From: Balanoglossus misakiensis
Lineage: Eukaryota; Animalia; Hemichordata
NCBI GenBank assembly: GCA_040954595.2
Contig: CM082597.2
Span: forward strand, 10,075,778-10,139,777
Length of the DNA stretch: 64,000 nucleotides
Direction: 5' to 3'
Shown: positions 1-13,722 of the stretch, in pieces
How positions within the stretch are numbered: the first letter of the stretch is position 1
Layout of the letters: each line of letters begins with the position of its first letter
Made by a program: the position numbers and the translations under genes
The notes under the pieces: model-generated
Databases searched by the model: none
What the model was told of the DNA's origin: nothing
The model's input: only the letters and a program-made list of their open reading frames with translations

Positions 1-220
1 GTCTAGAACGCATATGTACCGTAGGTATAGAAACTGAAACATGTTGCTGTAATGTTCTCGACGTCCTTAATTTTGTTAGTTGCTGTGTTGCTAAACATGC
101 AGGCCATTTAGACGGTGTTGATTTCAAAACAACATTCAAAAGTTTAGTACCTCCATGATGTGTGGACGCACTGAGATTCTGTGGGTTAATCCCCTGTATT
201 TGCAGAGAGTAAACACTGGC
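1..220. repeat. Diverged direct repeat; second copy at ~1545-1743
   Basis: gtctagaacgcatatg...gaaactgaaacatgttgctgtaatg...gcagagagtaaacactgg occurs at 1-220 and again at 1545-1743 with substitutions and indels. Confidence 0.8.
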
Positions 221-250
221 CCTGCAGGTGTGGAAACATACATATATGCT

Positions 251-1069
251 GGGGTTACACGTGAATAATTTTAAACCTGAGTTGATCGGATTTGTTGCTC
301 TGTAAACATTCCTTATCAGCGACTTACGAGAACGCTCGTTTACACGTCAATTTACAAGCTCTAAATTTAGTTCGGGTCAAGCGCCCTCAGCGGTATTCAC
401 TGGGCTAACTCAACTTTACCACAATCGCCAAAATGGCCGACGTAAACATCGCACAGCTGTTCTCCACGCTCTTTTTGTGTTCAATCAATCAATCGAGACG
501 CTTTCGGCGAAGATATTTACTAGGAGAGAATTTTGACGGCCTAACCTACCACGCCAACTGGCATTTCCTTCAATTTCACCGTAAGGCTATGTGCACACGA
601 ATGTTGTTTAACCACGGTTAGGTTTAACCCATTTGTCTTACAAGGCATTTCTTTGAAGTTTCGATGCCATAACTGGGATCGAACTCTGAAGTTTCCGAAT
701 AGATCGTGATGCCAACTAACTGATTAGAATGGTGAAATGTTTTCGTCTTTCCAGATTAAAATCAGTAGTTTGACTTCGTCATCTGACCAATTGTTGCCGC
801 GATCGCGGGAGCATCTTGCTTGAACGCTGTCCATCGTGGTAATGACCGCGAGCCGGAAGACAAGATTTAGTGCGGTGTTTAGTTCGGCGATCGGGTCACA
901 CGTGTGAAGAGGTCATTGTTTAAGACGGTGCACCGTACCTGAACCCCCCTCCAACTCCGGATTATTTTAATGCGGTGTTAGTCCGGAGTTGTCTGGTCAC
1001 ACGTCAAACTGACACCGGGTTAAATTTAATCCGGTGTCAGGTCCGGAGTAAACAGGCACGTGTAACCCC
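251..1069. mobile_element. Non-autonomous TIR element (Harbinger-like GGG termini)
   Basis: GGGGTTACACGTG at 251-263 and its reverse complement CACGTGTAACCCC at 1057-1069; no TSD confirmed. Confidence 0.5.
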
Positions 1070-3264
1070 CCCTATAGGGTGTTCTCACTGGCACGTTTAC
1101 ACCGGTGCTACACCGGTGTAGATTTGACACCAACGGAAAAAAACAAATGAGAACGCTTTACACCGGTGCTGCGCCGGTGTTAATTTGCGACGGCGATGAG
1201 TTGGTGGGTCAGGGCCAGCGCTGGGCCAGCGCTCCGACGCAAATATGCAGTGAGAACGCAAAGATAGACAAACACCATTCAAAAGTGCCACCCTGCAGTG
1301 ACTTTTGGGTATGTTTATGAGGTATAGCCCATTGTCTTTGGTCAGTTTCCATTGTGAAGTCAATCACACTGGACGCGAGTGGTTTTCAAACCATTCGCGG
1401 TTTGCCAGGTCTGCAACACTTCTGTCTGCCGCCAACTTTCAGAAGGTTCTCTCGATCAATGAAAAGCCGAGGCATTTTCCATTAATGGATTAACATTCAC
1501 TTACTTCTAAACATTATCAAAACTGTCATAAAGATGACAAAGTCGTCTAGAACGCATATGCAGGCATAGAAACTGAAACATGTTGCTGTAATGTCCTCGA
1601 CGTCCTCAATTTTGTTAGTTGCTGTGTTGCTAAACATGACCATTTAGACGGTGTTTATTTCAAAACAGTGGCCAAAATTTAGTGTGTGGACGCACAGAGA
1701 TTCTGTGGGCTAATCCCCTGTGTTTGCAGAGAGTAAACACTGGCATAGCACTGGTGTCGAAACTTTTAGTGAGAACAAGTCTCTGCTGGGTTCACATCTA
1801 GGCCCAAATATTTTATTTTTTTAACCAAAAACCGCCACCATTTCCAGTGGTCAAAAATATGCAACTCAAACAAAAGTATGGTTTATAGGATTTTTTAACA
1901 TTTTCTTTGATGAGAAATAGGCCTCTGAAAAATCTTGACAGTTTAATACAATACCCCCTTAAAAACATGCTAAAAGTGGCAGCTATTGGGGCTTTAATCA
2001 GGTGCCCAATCACACTTTCTGTCTCATGATTAACGCTGCTTTCAAGCTCATCCTTTCATCAACTGACCATTTGAAACACCCTGAGATTGTCGCTGAAAAG
2101 TTCCAAAATTGGCAAGACACATCATTGAATGGCCATAATTAGGTTATTGCTGGAGTTTTTCTTCTTTCTTCTTGAGTCGTGTTTTTTGCTCCCATTTTTT
2201 CTCAAAAATCCCTGGACCTACGCCTATGAAATTTGGCACGGTGTTTGGTGCACCTGCCCTTTGAATTTGTAATTAGTTATGTGACTTGGTGGCTATAATC
2301 GAGCGAAATTTTCAAATTGACCTAACTTGCACCTTAATGGAAGCATGTACATTCTTTTTGCGATTTTTTAGACCATGTGGCCAAAATCCCCTGTGTGAAA
2401 TTTCAAGGTCCTGGGCCACATCGATTTTGAAAAGAAGATTTTTGTAATATTTTTTCGCATTTTTTGGTGGGCTGAGGACGAACACTGGGGCATCGGACTT
2501 TGACCGTCATTCGGTAATGTTGTGGAGGTCTCATTAGCAGGGTACTCACTTCTGGCGGGTTACAGTAGTCCTTGGAAAATCAGCCAAAATACGTAAACAG
2601 ACCAGTGATTATTTTCAACGGAATGAATTTTGGGACAACACATTATCGGAGTTCAGGCTGTGTTAGGACGTTTTATTGAATTGCGCTGAGTTTGTTAGCT
2701 GTTGCCGTTCAAATGTTTCTATCCAGACCTGGCTACACTGGTTAACATGCGCGGCAGCGGACTTTGACCCTCACTCGCTAATGTGCGAGTCAGGTTTCAT
2801 TAACATGGTAGTCACATGTAGTGGGTAGTAGTTCGGGAAATCGGCCGAAATACGTAAGCAGACCAGTGATTTTCTTGCACGAAGGGAGCAGCAATAATCA
2901 GAGATCAGGCTTCGTTGCCGTTCAAAAGTTTCTACTTCAGTCGTGACGTTGCAACTGGACGTTCAGTAAGGGGGTCGGCCCGCAGGTGGCCGTGGGGGTT
3001 ATCACTATCAGGTTGCCCGTAACGGCACGCAGCTACATGCAGCTGTATGGGACAAAAATAATAAGCCCGATTCGGGGGTCACCTGTGACACCTGCGTAAC
3101 TCAATAATTATATGCATGCGTAATTGTGGGTGACCTTTGACCTACTTTTGCTTACTGAGCATCCACAGCAGATGCATGCAACTTTGGCGGGGGGGGGGGG
3201 GGGGCATATATGGATGGGACCATAATGATATACCAAAGGCGGGGTCACCTATTGCACCTGCCTA

Positions 3265-4753
3265 AGGGACCGTTCAGTTTTTACGGCAGGGGGGGGGCCG
3301 GCAAGTTTGTGTCATCGGTTTTCAAAATCAGGCCGACCCCCCCTTCGTCCAGCCCCAAAAAATGATGACCCCCCCTTTGACAGACCCAAAAATATGATGA
3401 CCCCCCCCCCCCCCCCCCACGCCGAAAACATTCGCCGTCCTGATTCTATGTATACACTGTATGCAATAAAGGGAATGGGACTCCTCACCCCTCAATTATA
3501 AATTTCTTAAAGTAATTGAATTATTTAATAATATCGTTGCAATAAAGAAATCTATGAACAAAATAAAATGACAAGTCAATACAATAGTTGCTAGAATTGG
3601 TAAAACAAGAAAAGTGGCGGGGGTGGGCATGGGAGGGGGTGTCTCCCTCCCACATAAGAAAATTTTGTAAAATACGGTGCTCAAAGTTGCATTTTAATGA
3701 ACTCAAAAGCAAATAAAGTCAATGTTAGGCAGGACGAATTTTGATTTTGCCACTCCACTCAAAGTAAGCATAGGGGTGGGGTGGGAAAAAGTCCAGGGGG
3801 GCGGGTCACTTAAATTTTGTCACACAAGGGGGGGGGGGGGTCATCTGGTTTTTTTAAACGTTTAGGGGGGGGGTCACATACTTTTGCCACCGAACTTTTG
3901 CTTTTGAGTCTACAAAATTGCAGTTTCGCACCCTTTATTTTACAAAAATTTCTAATGTGGGAGGGGGACACCCCCTACATTCTTTGCAACATATCGATTT
4001 TTGCTGGTTTGACTATTCTACCAGGGCAGAGTGCTTGCCACCCCAAACCCACTGATGATAATATTTAACAAAGTTAATACATAAAGGAGAATAAACGTTG
4101 AGATAATTTTCTTTTGAGTTCATTAAAATGCAACTTTGCGCAACATATTTTACAAAATTTTCTTATGTGGGAGGGGCACACCCCCTCCCACACCCACCCC
4201 CTCCATTCTTCGCCACATTGCATTTATTCACTGTACCAGGGAAGACTTCTTGCCACCCCACCCTCGATGCTTACTTTGAGTGGAGTGGCAAAATTAAAAT
4301 TTGTCCTCCCTAACATTGAGTTAATTTGCTTTTGAGTTCATTAAATTGCAACTTTGAGCACCGTATTTTACAAAATTTTCTTCACACCCACCCCCCTCCA
4401 CTTTTCTTGTTTTACCGATTCTAGCAACTATTGTATTGACTTGTCATTTTAATTTGTTCATAGATTTCTTTATTGCAACGATATACTATTATATATTTCA
4501 ATAATACTTTAAGAAATTTATAATTGAGGTGTGACGAGCCTCATTCCCTTTATTGCATACAGTGTACATAGGATCAGGACGGCGAATGTTTTCGGCGTGG
4601 GGGGGGGGGGGGGAGGTCATCATATTTTTGGGTCTGTCAAAGGGGGGGTCATCATTTTTTGGTCCTGGGTGAAGGGGGGGTCGGCCTGATTTTGAGAACC
4701 GATGACACAAACTTGCCGCCCCCCCCCCCTGCCGTAAAAACTGAACGGTCCCT
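3265..4753. mobile_element. Foldback non-autonomous DNA transposon with ~500-bp imperfect inverted arms
   Basis: AGGGACCGTTCAGTTTTTACGGCAGGGG... at 3265 mirrors ...CCCCTGCCGTAAAAACTGAACGGTCCCT at 4753; arms ~3265-3794 and ~4243-4753; flanked by TA (or TAA/TTA); related terminus at ~33791. Confidence 0.85.
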
Positions 4754-5156
4754 TAGGGCTGACATTTGCTTTTTGTTGAACATAATCAAATTCGGGTTCC
4801 CATTCCTTGCCCTCAATTCAGGTGACCTCAATTGACCCTTGACCTTCTTCACCTTTTTCTGCCATCCACGCGACCGCGGCAGGTACAGCCTTGGTGTTTG
4901 ACTACATGCGTAATACTTAAATGCTCATTTCAGGCATCACCTGTGACGCCTGATTAAATCTTTATGTGCATACGTCATTGTAGTCTAACTACTACGCCTA
5001 ACCGTTCCCTTTGGTTGCACTACCCAGTACCAACATGCAGCCTTATTTCCTGCCCATTTAGGCTGACCTCGGGTGACCTTTCACCTTCTTACCCATATCC
5101 CCACATCCAGAGCCATCAGCCTACGCAGTTGGATGGTACAACACTGAATGTAGTCT

Positions 5157-6338
5157 CAGGCCTCGAACTTTACTTTTTGGCTCACCTGCCCAATGGGCAG
5201 GTACACTAAACAATTTACCTGCCCAACAATTTTTTTACCTGCCCATGTTAAGTTCACACATTTTTCAGTGCAGATCGTCATTTACATGTGACCTTCTGCC
5301 AAGGGCTCTAGTAACCGCTTTAAATTTAGTATTAAAATTTGGCCCCACACACATAAATGGCCCACCACAAATATATTCTGTATTTTCCCCAGGATAACCA
5401 AATTCAGAATTTCAGTTTCAGATCTATAATTCTTAGAAAATGATTACTGATTAGTTCAAAAACATCCTAAGACATCTCAGATTTTGTATCCCGTGTTTTA
5501 CTGCTATATTGGTGATGGAATTTATTGTGTATTATATTATCAAATAGCACCAGTGCAAGGTATGAGAAATGCATTTTGAAAAAAAAAATCGGTTCACCAG
5601 TAGAAGTTATGAGAGAAATCTATTTTGAAAAAAAATATCAGCAGGATCAGCTGAAATGTTTTGATTTAACAATTTTCCCTTTTCAAGTATGTAATGTCAT
5701 GTGCTGACTATAGGTGTTCTGGCAAAATACATGAATTATTCACTGCTCTCTGGTCCATCTTGGATGTATTAGACTCCTGGCAGTGTCCTTGTCTTTCCTT
5801 TCCTTTCCCACTTTGATGGCACACTAAGTACAAACTTCCTTCTAAGTTTTAGTAAACCCAAACTTTAAGACTCATTTTTATTCTATCAGGCAAACTTCAG
5901 AAGAACAAAACAGTAATTTATGCAAATATATCCGAGCTATATTTAGACATGCTTACGCAGTGAGCGCATGGCCTGGGCATGGGGTGGAAGGGGTCAGGTC
6001 GGGTTCACCAACGCGCGCGTACGTACGTTGGCTTCTCCTAATTTACATATCAATCACTGAGTCAGTAATCGCGTAACCCTGCCAGCGCGTTGACGGCCGA
6101 TTATATCTTCGATAAAATAAGAAAAAACAGCATATAAAGACACAAAAGTTTTTTTTTTTCTTGAAATCTTTCTTTCTAAATAACTTTTACAATAGAATAT
6201 TGATTCTACAGTATGTTTTACTGATTTATTTGTGTATATTCACCGGCCCAATTGGGCCGACGAGACGTGAAAATAACCGGCCCACTATAAATATTTACCG
6301 GCCCGGGGCCGGTGGGCCGGCGTTAAGTTCGAGGCCGG
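5157..6338. mobile_element. hAT-like MITE with 5-bp TSD (hAT5-type)
   Basis: CAGGCCTCGAACTT ... AAGTTCGAGGCCGG termini; AGTCT at 5152-5156 and 6339-6343. Confidence 0.7.
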
Positions 6339-6855
6339 AGTCTTAGGAGTCTTAACTCTTTGCTTGGCCCTTTCAATGCTGCTTGCAGCTTTAATTTACA
6401 GTCATGTTTACACTGTGTTGAAGTTGGCATCGTGCAGGGTTGGTGCTAGGATTTTTTCTGGTTTAGCCACACCTACATGTGCGGAGAAAATGGTGTAATT
6501 CTTTGAGCTACAGACAACCTGCCAACATCAGGGCTACGTTTATTTTGTTGCATTGCACAATGGATGAGTCCACTCAGTGGCTCCCTGATCACAGGCATGA
6601 AAAAAGGTGGCAAATTCCGGCATTTGCGCACATTTTTTCGGAACCGACACAATAGGCAATGCATAGACAGGTACCCTAGGTGAGCTTTTGACGGGGAAAA
6701 TGAAAACTTTTCAAAGCATGTCATACTCATAGACACTTTAAAAAAATTCATAGCCAATAGAATTTCTTTTGGAGGTTAATGAAATTTCTAGAAACACATT
6801 TTAATTTTTATGGAGTGTTTCTATGTATCAATTTCATTCTTTTTATTTATTTCAG

Positions 6856-7133
6856 GTAGCAACTACACTTACAATACTTTAATGACTGCAACACGACAAT
6901 TGCCGTTGATGCAGAATTCCTCATGTCGTGATATCACCAATGCCTGGAAGCCATGTAACTGTCATTTTGAAATTTGCATTGGATGGTATCCCTGTGGTCT
7001 GAAATACTGCAAGGGTAAAGATTCTGTTGGCAAAGTTGTCAGTTACAGATGTGGTATTAAAACTTGCAGAAAATGCAGAATCTTTGAATTTTATGTTAAG
7101 CAAAAACAGTTATGTTTATGGGATGAGCCATGA
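6856..7133 (+). CDS. OAF: Out-at-first (OAF/BRINP-BRICHOS-like) homolog, terminal coding exon
   Basis: Acceptor tttatttatttcag before 6856; translation PCNCHFEICIGWYPCGLKYCKGKD...YRCGIKTCRKCRIFEFYVKQKQLCLWDEP* matches the conserved OAF C-terminus (WYPCxLKYC, CGIxxC, QxCLWDE). Confidence 0.93.
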
Positions 7134-7194
7134 TACATTTCGGTATACGTCCAAAGTCGGTTTGTATTTTAGGTCCCATTTTGGTATATATATA

Positions 7195-7610
7195 CTGTAA
7201 AACAGGTTATTTTCACGAGCAATAATTTATGTGAAATATGCGAGAGCCAAAAAAAACGCGAAAATAAAGACTCATGTAAATATAGTTGTGAAAGAACAAT
7301 GTGGTAAATACTAGTAGTAGAACGATAGTCAAACACACACGCAAGAAAATGTTTTCAGTTTGAAAGTGCGTGTAATTTATTAGAATGGTTGCGTTTCATG
7401 ATTTTGCTACACATCATACAATTTGTTTGAACATTGTGGTTTGTGGCCAAGAATCTTGCTACAAATGTGACAAATAAGTGTACAAAAAGTCAATAGTAGT
7501 TTTTCGGAGATAACGATGCAGTATGAGAACGCGAAAATTAATACTTGCATAACAGTGGCCTCTCTCGATATCGCGAAAATTTAAACTCCTGAAAATAACA
7601 TGTTTTACAG
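7195..7610. mobile_element. Tc1/mariner-type MITE (CTGTAAAAC termini, TA TSD)
   Basis: TA|CTGTAAAACAGGTTATTTTC ... GAAAATAACATGTTTTACAG|TA; relatives at 10929-11135 and partial at 34363-34556. Confidence 0.8.
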
Positions 7611-7710
7611 TATACCATGGGACCTTATCACGGAATCAGTTGCATCTGTATGTATCATGTATGGATGTATGTCACTCAGTATGGGTTTATGTCTGTATGT
7701 CCGTCCACAT

Positions 7711-8195
7711 TAGACTGTCGACAGTCCCTCGCGCCTAATGTGTATCGATTCGGCGTTTCGTGTGAGGGCCTTAAGGCCCGTATCTTTTGAGGGCCGAAGG
7801 CCCGATTCGGCGTTTTGTGGTGCGAGGGTCGTAAGGCCCGAGGGCGTGGCCCAAGGGACTGTTATAGCTTGTTTCGCCCTCACACGGCACTGTGGGGAAA
7901 TTCACCTGTAACGCAACTATATGATTGGTCAATGAGTTTATGACGTATATTAACCAGTTGCATATATGATTGGTCAATGAGTTTATGACGTATATTAACC
8001 AGTTGCATTACAGGTGAATTTCCCCACAGTGCCGTGTGAGGGCGAAACAAGCTATAACAGTCCCTCGGGCCTTACGGCCCTCGCACCACGAAACGCCGAA
8101 TCGGGCATTCGGCCCTCAAAAGATACGGGCCTTACGGCCCTCACATGAAACGCCGAATCGATACACATTAGGCGCGAGGGACTGTCGACAGTCTA
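7711..8195. mobile_element. Palindromic MITE with TAG termini and 8-bp TSD (hAT- or AcademH-like)
   Basis: TAGACTGTCGACAGTCCCTCGCGCC ... GGCGCGAGGGACTGTCGACAGTCTA; ~200-bp arms; GTCCACAT at 7703-7710 and 8196-8203. Confidence 0.9.
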
Positions 8196-8635
8196 GTCCA
8201 CATCAAAAACTTGAAAACTGCTTGGCATTTAACCTTGATATTTGGTGTGCAGATGTAAGCTGGGCTGTAAATGAGAGTTTGTTCAAATGAAGTTGTCATT
8301 ACCTACAATATGCAAATGAGGTGGAAAAATGTGAAATTGGTCAAAACTCAGAAAGTCAACAACCACTCGTCAGATTGATTTGAAAATTGATATGCATGTA
8401 TCTTATGTCAACCCCATACAGTCCTGTTTGTTTTAAGTTAATATTATGAATTTTCTATTTTTTATGCATTTTTTGTCTTTTTCCACATTATTGGTAAAAA
8501 ATCTTCTTTTCTGAAAATGATCTGTCGTCTTCTTCTTCTTTGAAATTTAGTATAAAGCTTATATAGGTGATCTGAGTTACCATACTTTTGTTCAAATTGT
8601 TAAAAAAAATTGCACATTTATAATTTTGTAGCAAT

Positions 8636-9170
8636 TTTTAGGTCCCATTTGTATAGGTATATACCAGTGGGACCTTATGGGATCGGTTGCCTCTGTATGT
8701 ATGTATGGATGGATGGATGTATGGATGTATGTCTGTCCACATCAAAAACTTGAAAACCGCTGCAGGTATAACCCTGATATTTGGTGTGTAGATGCATGCT
8801 GGGCTGTAGATAAGGGTTTGATCAAACGAAGTTGTCATTGCCAAAAATATGCAAGTTAGCTGGGGAAAAAGGTTTTACAACAGCTTACTTTGGTTATCTC
8901 TAGGAACATGCCTACCAAATTTCTAGGGAATCTGACAAGCGGTTTCAGTGATATGATTTTGACCAAAAATGGCAAATACATGTATTGCCCCAAAATTACA
9001 AATATACAAATTATGCAATAAATTGAATAAAATGACTTAGATTACCTATTAGAAGCTTCACGCCAAATTTCAAAGCAATCGCCCCATGACTTTCAGAAAA
9101 AAAAAGATTCTTTACCTATAATATGGAAAGAGACTAAAAAATTCATAAAAAATAGAAAATTCATGATATT
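8636..9170 (+). mobile_element. HINE-like element copy (5' part)
   Basis: ttttaggtcccat...gggacctt, (ATGG/ATGT)n, gtccacatcaaaaacttgaaaaccgc core; 3' end not identified. Confidence 0.7.
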
Positions 9171-10489
9171 AAAGTTGCATCATTTGCGCTGTGTGCACAC
9201 AATAGGTGACGTAGGATATGCAAATGTGCTGGACAGGAGTCTTGAACGCTTGTGTTAACGGTGCACATGGCTTATCACAGGAGTATAAACTGTTTACCCA
9301 TAAGGTGCATTCAATTGCCACCTTTCCGTGAAATACATGTATAACGGAGTTCACCATCGACCCATACAGAATATAGTCTGGGAACACAACCGCTGACAAT
9401 CACAAAAAAACCAACAACTGCAAGTACTTTTCTGAGGCAAGATGCGATATACGATCAATCGGGCCTGTGTAAAACAATCTCGATGTTCCCATTGGCATCA
9501 TGGCATGAAAGTTCGATTTCTGTCCAAATTTGAGTACTGTCTGAATTTGAGTACGTGTACATACTATTAGTTGGACGAGATTTTATTGAGGTCTACAATT
9601 TCACACATTTTACATGACAGCAGAAGACAATGAAAAAACATGATGAAATTTAATAGCACCTCAAGCAGAGGTCAAAACTAAGACAGGCCAGTGTATTGAC
9701 ACCACTTCCCATACTACAGTGTATAATAATCATGCGACGTGGCGTCAAAGTTACCCCCCAAGGACGCATCTTTGGCCCTAACCCGCCAACATTCTCCACC
9801 TGTTCGTATTCCCCATTTCACTTTACATCGCTCGTTTCGATTTTTAGGAGACTATTCCATGCAAAAGTCCATTTGATCGAGCGTCTTGCCTATACCAGTA
9901 CCAACTTTGGGAATACATATCTCAATCAGCCCTTTTACAAACAGAGTGCCGGTCAACTGAAGGCTTTGCAATACTTTGCCAAAGACGTTCCTTTTCTCTG
10001 ATATCTTCAGTCTCATTGAACAACAGTGAAATGTATAATACAATGCAAAATATCGCCAGGGAGGCCAACCTGAAAACTGGTCTGAAAGTAATGACCCGCA
10101 GCAACCCGCACTGGCCCGCAACCTGAAAACTGGTCAGAAAGTAGTGACCTGTAGCAACCTGCACTGACCCGCAGCCCGTATGACCTGCACAATAGTTAAT
10201 CTCTAACGGCCATTCTGGCATGACGCTTTCGAGAAAATTGTGTTCGCTTACTAACACTGCAGGATTTTTCAATGTATTTTCCACATACATGTACTCGCTA
10301 TATATTCATGGATTTCATACCTAAAATTGGACAACAATGAAAGCCATACACCTGGTGAATGTCTCGAAATCCGGGAGCACACACAGTATGTCTTGCCAGT
10401 AGTCTTTCCATAATCTGCTTTAAATAGGCGTGTTGCGTGTTGAACTAAAAGCTTTCAGGACTGTGCGAGGTTGACATTAGGTACATGCA

Positions 10490-11183
10490 TACCAATTTTC
10501 AGATCAATCTGACAAGTAGTTGTTAAGTTTCAGAATGACAACTTTGTTTGAACAAACTCCAATCTACAGCCCAGCCTGCATCTGCACACCAAATATCAAG
10601 GTGATATGCGCAGCAGTTTTCAAGTTTTTGATGGGGACATACATACATAGATACATACATATACATACATTTTTTTCTTTTCATATTAAAATCTTTTATT
10701 CAGCAATTGCAGAGTGTACAGGATACAAGTTACAAATACTTCATGAAATCTACAATGGTTCTATTGTTTTTTACATAGTTTATGTAGTACAGTTATTCAA
10801 TAAGGAATTTCCTCATATTTTGTAGTTTTACAATCTTCAATTACTTTACATACTTCTCACAATGGAACATACATACATACATACATACATACATACATAC
10901 ATACATACATACATACATACTACCGGTACTGTAAAACGGGTTATTTTCGTGACAGGATTTTTCGTGATATCAAAAGAGGCAACAGTTTTTACGTGAGTAC
11001 TAATTTTCATGTTCTCTTATATCATTTACTACATCTTATCTTTGAAAAACATTTTACGCAACTTTTTATTTTCACGTTTTTATGTGCGCGTATTTCGCGA
11101 AAATTTCTTGCTCGCGAAAATAACCCGTTTTACAGTACATACATACATACATAACTGATATACATACCAAATGGGACCTAAAA
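10490..11183 (-). mobile_element. HINE-like element copy (minus strand) with expanded (ACAT)n
   Basis: Reverse-complement core at 10530-10640, (ACAT)n at ~10866-10923, atgggacctaaaa at 11171-11183; contains MITE 10929-11135. Confidence 0.65.
10929..11135. mobile_element. Tc1/mariner-type MITE (CTGTAAAAC termini, TA TSD)
   Basis: TA|CTGTAAAACGGGTTATTTTCG ... CGAAAATAACCCGTTTTACAG|TA. Confidence 0.85.
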
Positions 11184-11584
11184 ATCTACTTTTACTTGAA
11201 AACCTGCTACAGGGGGAGCTATTCAAATTTTCATTTTTAGGGGATCAATGCAAGTATGTACACGTATGTTGAAAATGTCCTGTCAGTTTTAATATCCTCT
11301 GAATATTGTGCAACTATCAGTCCAGATTCAGCTTTTGTTATGCCAAAGTGCAGACTTCATTGTACATGTAAACAGGTATAAATGAGCAAAATTTGTAAAA
11401 CAGCCTTCTAACATGCAAACTCCAGACCACTCACCTAAATTTCCAGAATTATGTGCAATTCATTACTATTCTTACTTACTGTGGCATCCTGTTTTATCTG
11501 GGAAACTTAATTTCAGTAATCTATTGTTAAGTGTTATGCCTCCACTAGACTGACAGTCTTTAAATCACTGGAGCTTTCTATGTA

Positions 11585-12194
11585 CCGTAGTTTGCCGGGT
11601 AAGAGCCCCTGCTCGGACAAACGCCCCCCCCCCCCCTGGTTTTAGGGCCCATTTGTAGATCGAGGCCATATCCGGTCTAAAGCCCCCCCCCCCCCCCCCC
11701 CCCCGGGCCGAATATCCATTAAATTCTTGGAAATTTAATAAAGTGCAATGCAAAAAAGGCGGATTTTCATCCCCAAAGTCACTAAAAGTGAAAAAAAAAT
11801 GTATGATGATTTACTTTCGCGCTGATTATCGTACCCACCGCGGCCGACTGGCCACGCTGAGTTATATATAGCATGACCTCAGACAGGTCCCTCGGGACCG
11901 TGCCTCGAATTCAACGATCACGTAGATGGACGCGCTGCCGCGTGTGAGGTCACCGGGGAGCTTTCCAAAGCGGCCGCGTGGAGCTGCTTCAGTCCGTCCT
12001 TGACGCGAAACACCCAACATTGGAAGATCCCGACTTGGACTCGGAGAATGAACCACTCAAAAATTTGCATAAAAGTCGAGGTGGCCATCCCTCATTTGCA
12101 TAAATCTCGAGGCCATATCCGGGCTAAAGCCCCCCCCTGTTTTTTCGCTAATCTGTTGGCCCAGCACCCGGGGCTCTTACCCGGCAAACTACGG
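11585..12194. mobile_element. pogo/Tigger-like MITE (CCGTA termini, TA TSD)
   Basis: TA|CCGTAGTTTGCCGGGTAAGAGCCCC ... GGGGCTCTTACCCGGCAAACTACGG|TA, 25-bp perfect TIR. Confidence 0.85.
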
Positions 12195-12454
12195 TATTAC
12201 CAGAAAGGCTGCAAGGAGAAGGGAGCAAAGACAGAAAGCTGGAGCGAAAGCAGTTCTACTGAAATTTGTAATTTCAGATGCTGTTGAGAAATACAATATT
12301 GGTGATCTAGTGAATACAAAATTGGCCTCACAGACATTGATCATACCAAATTAGATTCCCTTTCCAAAGAGGCATACAAAGCCCTTGTTATGAAAAACAA
12401 GATTTAAGTGACAGCAGTCAACGGCTTTTTCAACATAGGTTCAAGTTCATGCAT

Positions 12455-12488
<34 letters not shown>

Positions 12489-13722
12489 AGTATGTATTTA
12501 TTTATTTTACCTTTGTGTAATTGTTATAATGCTAAGGTCACAGCAAATAGTTGATTTACCATCTGATGAATACTCAGAGCATGAAACTCCAATTTGCAGT
12601 GTTTCATCAAGATGGGGGGGATGGGGGATTCACCCCCTATTGTCATGTTGGCATTCTCTAGCAATTTGTTTTGTAAGTTAGCTTTTTAGGGATTAGTGCC
12701 CATGCACTATTGAAATCGAAATTGGCCTAGCATGTCGTTCCTTCTATGTTTCTTTTTTTCCTTGAAAGCATTAAAAATGTCCTCCAATAGGCAAACAAAG
12801 TACTAGTATTTGAATGAATGGCACCTTACTATCAAAAACACACTGACACCCCATTCAGCAATTCCACAACAAAGTCGCTCTTTTTATATTGTGGCTTCGT
12901 ACATATTGAAGCTTTGATGTACCAAAGTTACAATGCAAACCAGAATACAATTTTTGAACATTTCACAAAATTATTGATCAACCCTAGCTGTGAATGCAGG
13001 TAGACATGTCATATAGTTCTCAGATAGTGATTGTGGGTAATTAAATTTCTAAGGCAAGACATGCAAGATGATTCCCATGCTCACAATGCTTAAATTTTCA
13101 CTATTCCCCGAAAACATGAAATGACTTTTTGAGGAGCGTGACAGCTAGGGCAAAGGATTCCTGCACTCTTAGTAAATACACTTTTAACTTTTATTCATAA
13201 ATTACACAATATATGCCCAATAAAATTTTACACCTTTCGATTTTTCATTTAGTACATCACTAAGAAGTATCCCAGAGTAAAAAATTACATGAGGATAAGT
13301 TAAGTTTGAGAACTTTTTGAGGTTAGGCTACTTTTTCAGTATTAATGACTAATTCTCACTCATATTTTTCTACATCACACGTAACCGTATTAGTGACCCT
13401 TCCGAATAATACACATGAAGGGCAGGATTGTGGATGACATGAACGTGACTTTTGAAAGTTGATAGTTACATCATTAATATAAATGACTAGTACATTTACG
13501 TTTAAAACTTTTAGGACTAATACTGCAAACAAGTAAATGTTTACAACCAGTAAAATATATCAGTAGTGATTCTATCATTAAAATCATAAACCTGTCTACT
13601 AATCTAAAATGTTGAATTCCACTGTAATATGGTATAAATACATTACAGCAAGAGTATGAAGTATTGTTGTGTCACGGGTAAAGCCCATTTTAAAATGTAA
13701 AAATAATTTAATTAAAGAACTA

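Larger units (their letters stand above)
7167..8635 (+). mobile_element. HINE/DINE-1-like Helentron-associated element, interrupted by two insertions
   Basis: TTTT-AGGTCCCAT subTIR, internal ATGGGACCT, ATGT/ATGG microsatellite, core ccgtccacatcaaaaacttgaaaac; split by 7195-7610 and 7711-8195. Confidence 0.7.

Noticed and set aside
7131-7172. Stop-codon readthrough of OAF (known for Drosophila oaf, UGA)
   Set aside because: Stop is TGA-T, not the leaky TGA-C context, and the frame closes after 12 codons at a TAG inside a HINE end
8638-8859. Recurring ORFs such as MAMTTSFxQTPIYSPACI / MYGWMDVWMYV (also 35313, 40814, 61618)
   Set aside because: Chance frames across the HINE core and its microsatellite; not a gene family
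9696-10121. Possible TRIM/NHL-like or other coding relic
   Set aside because: Only vague motif resemblance, stops in the candidate frames, no consistent splice structure
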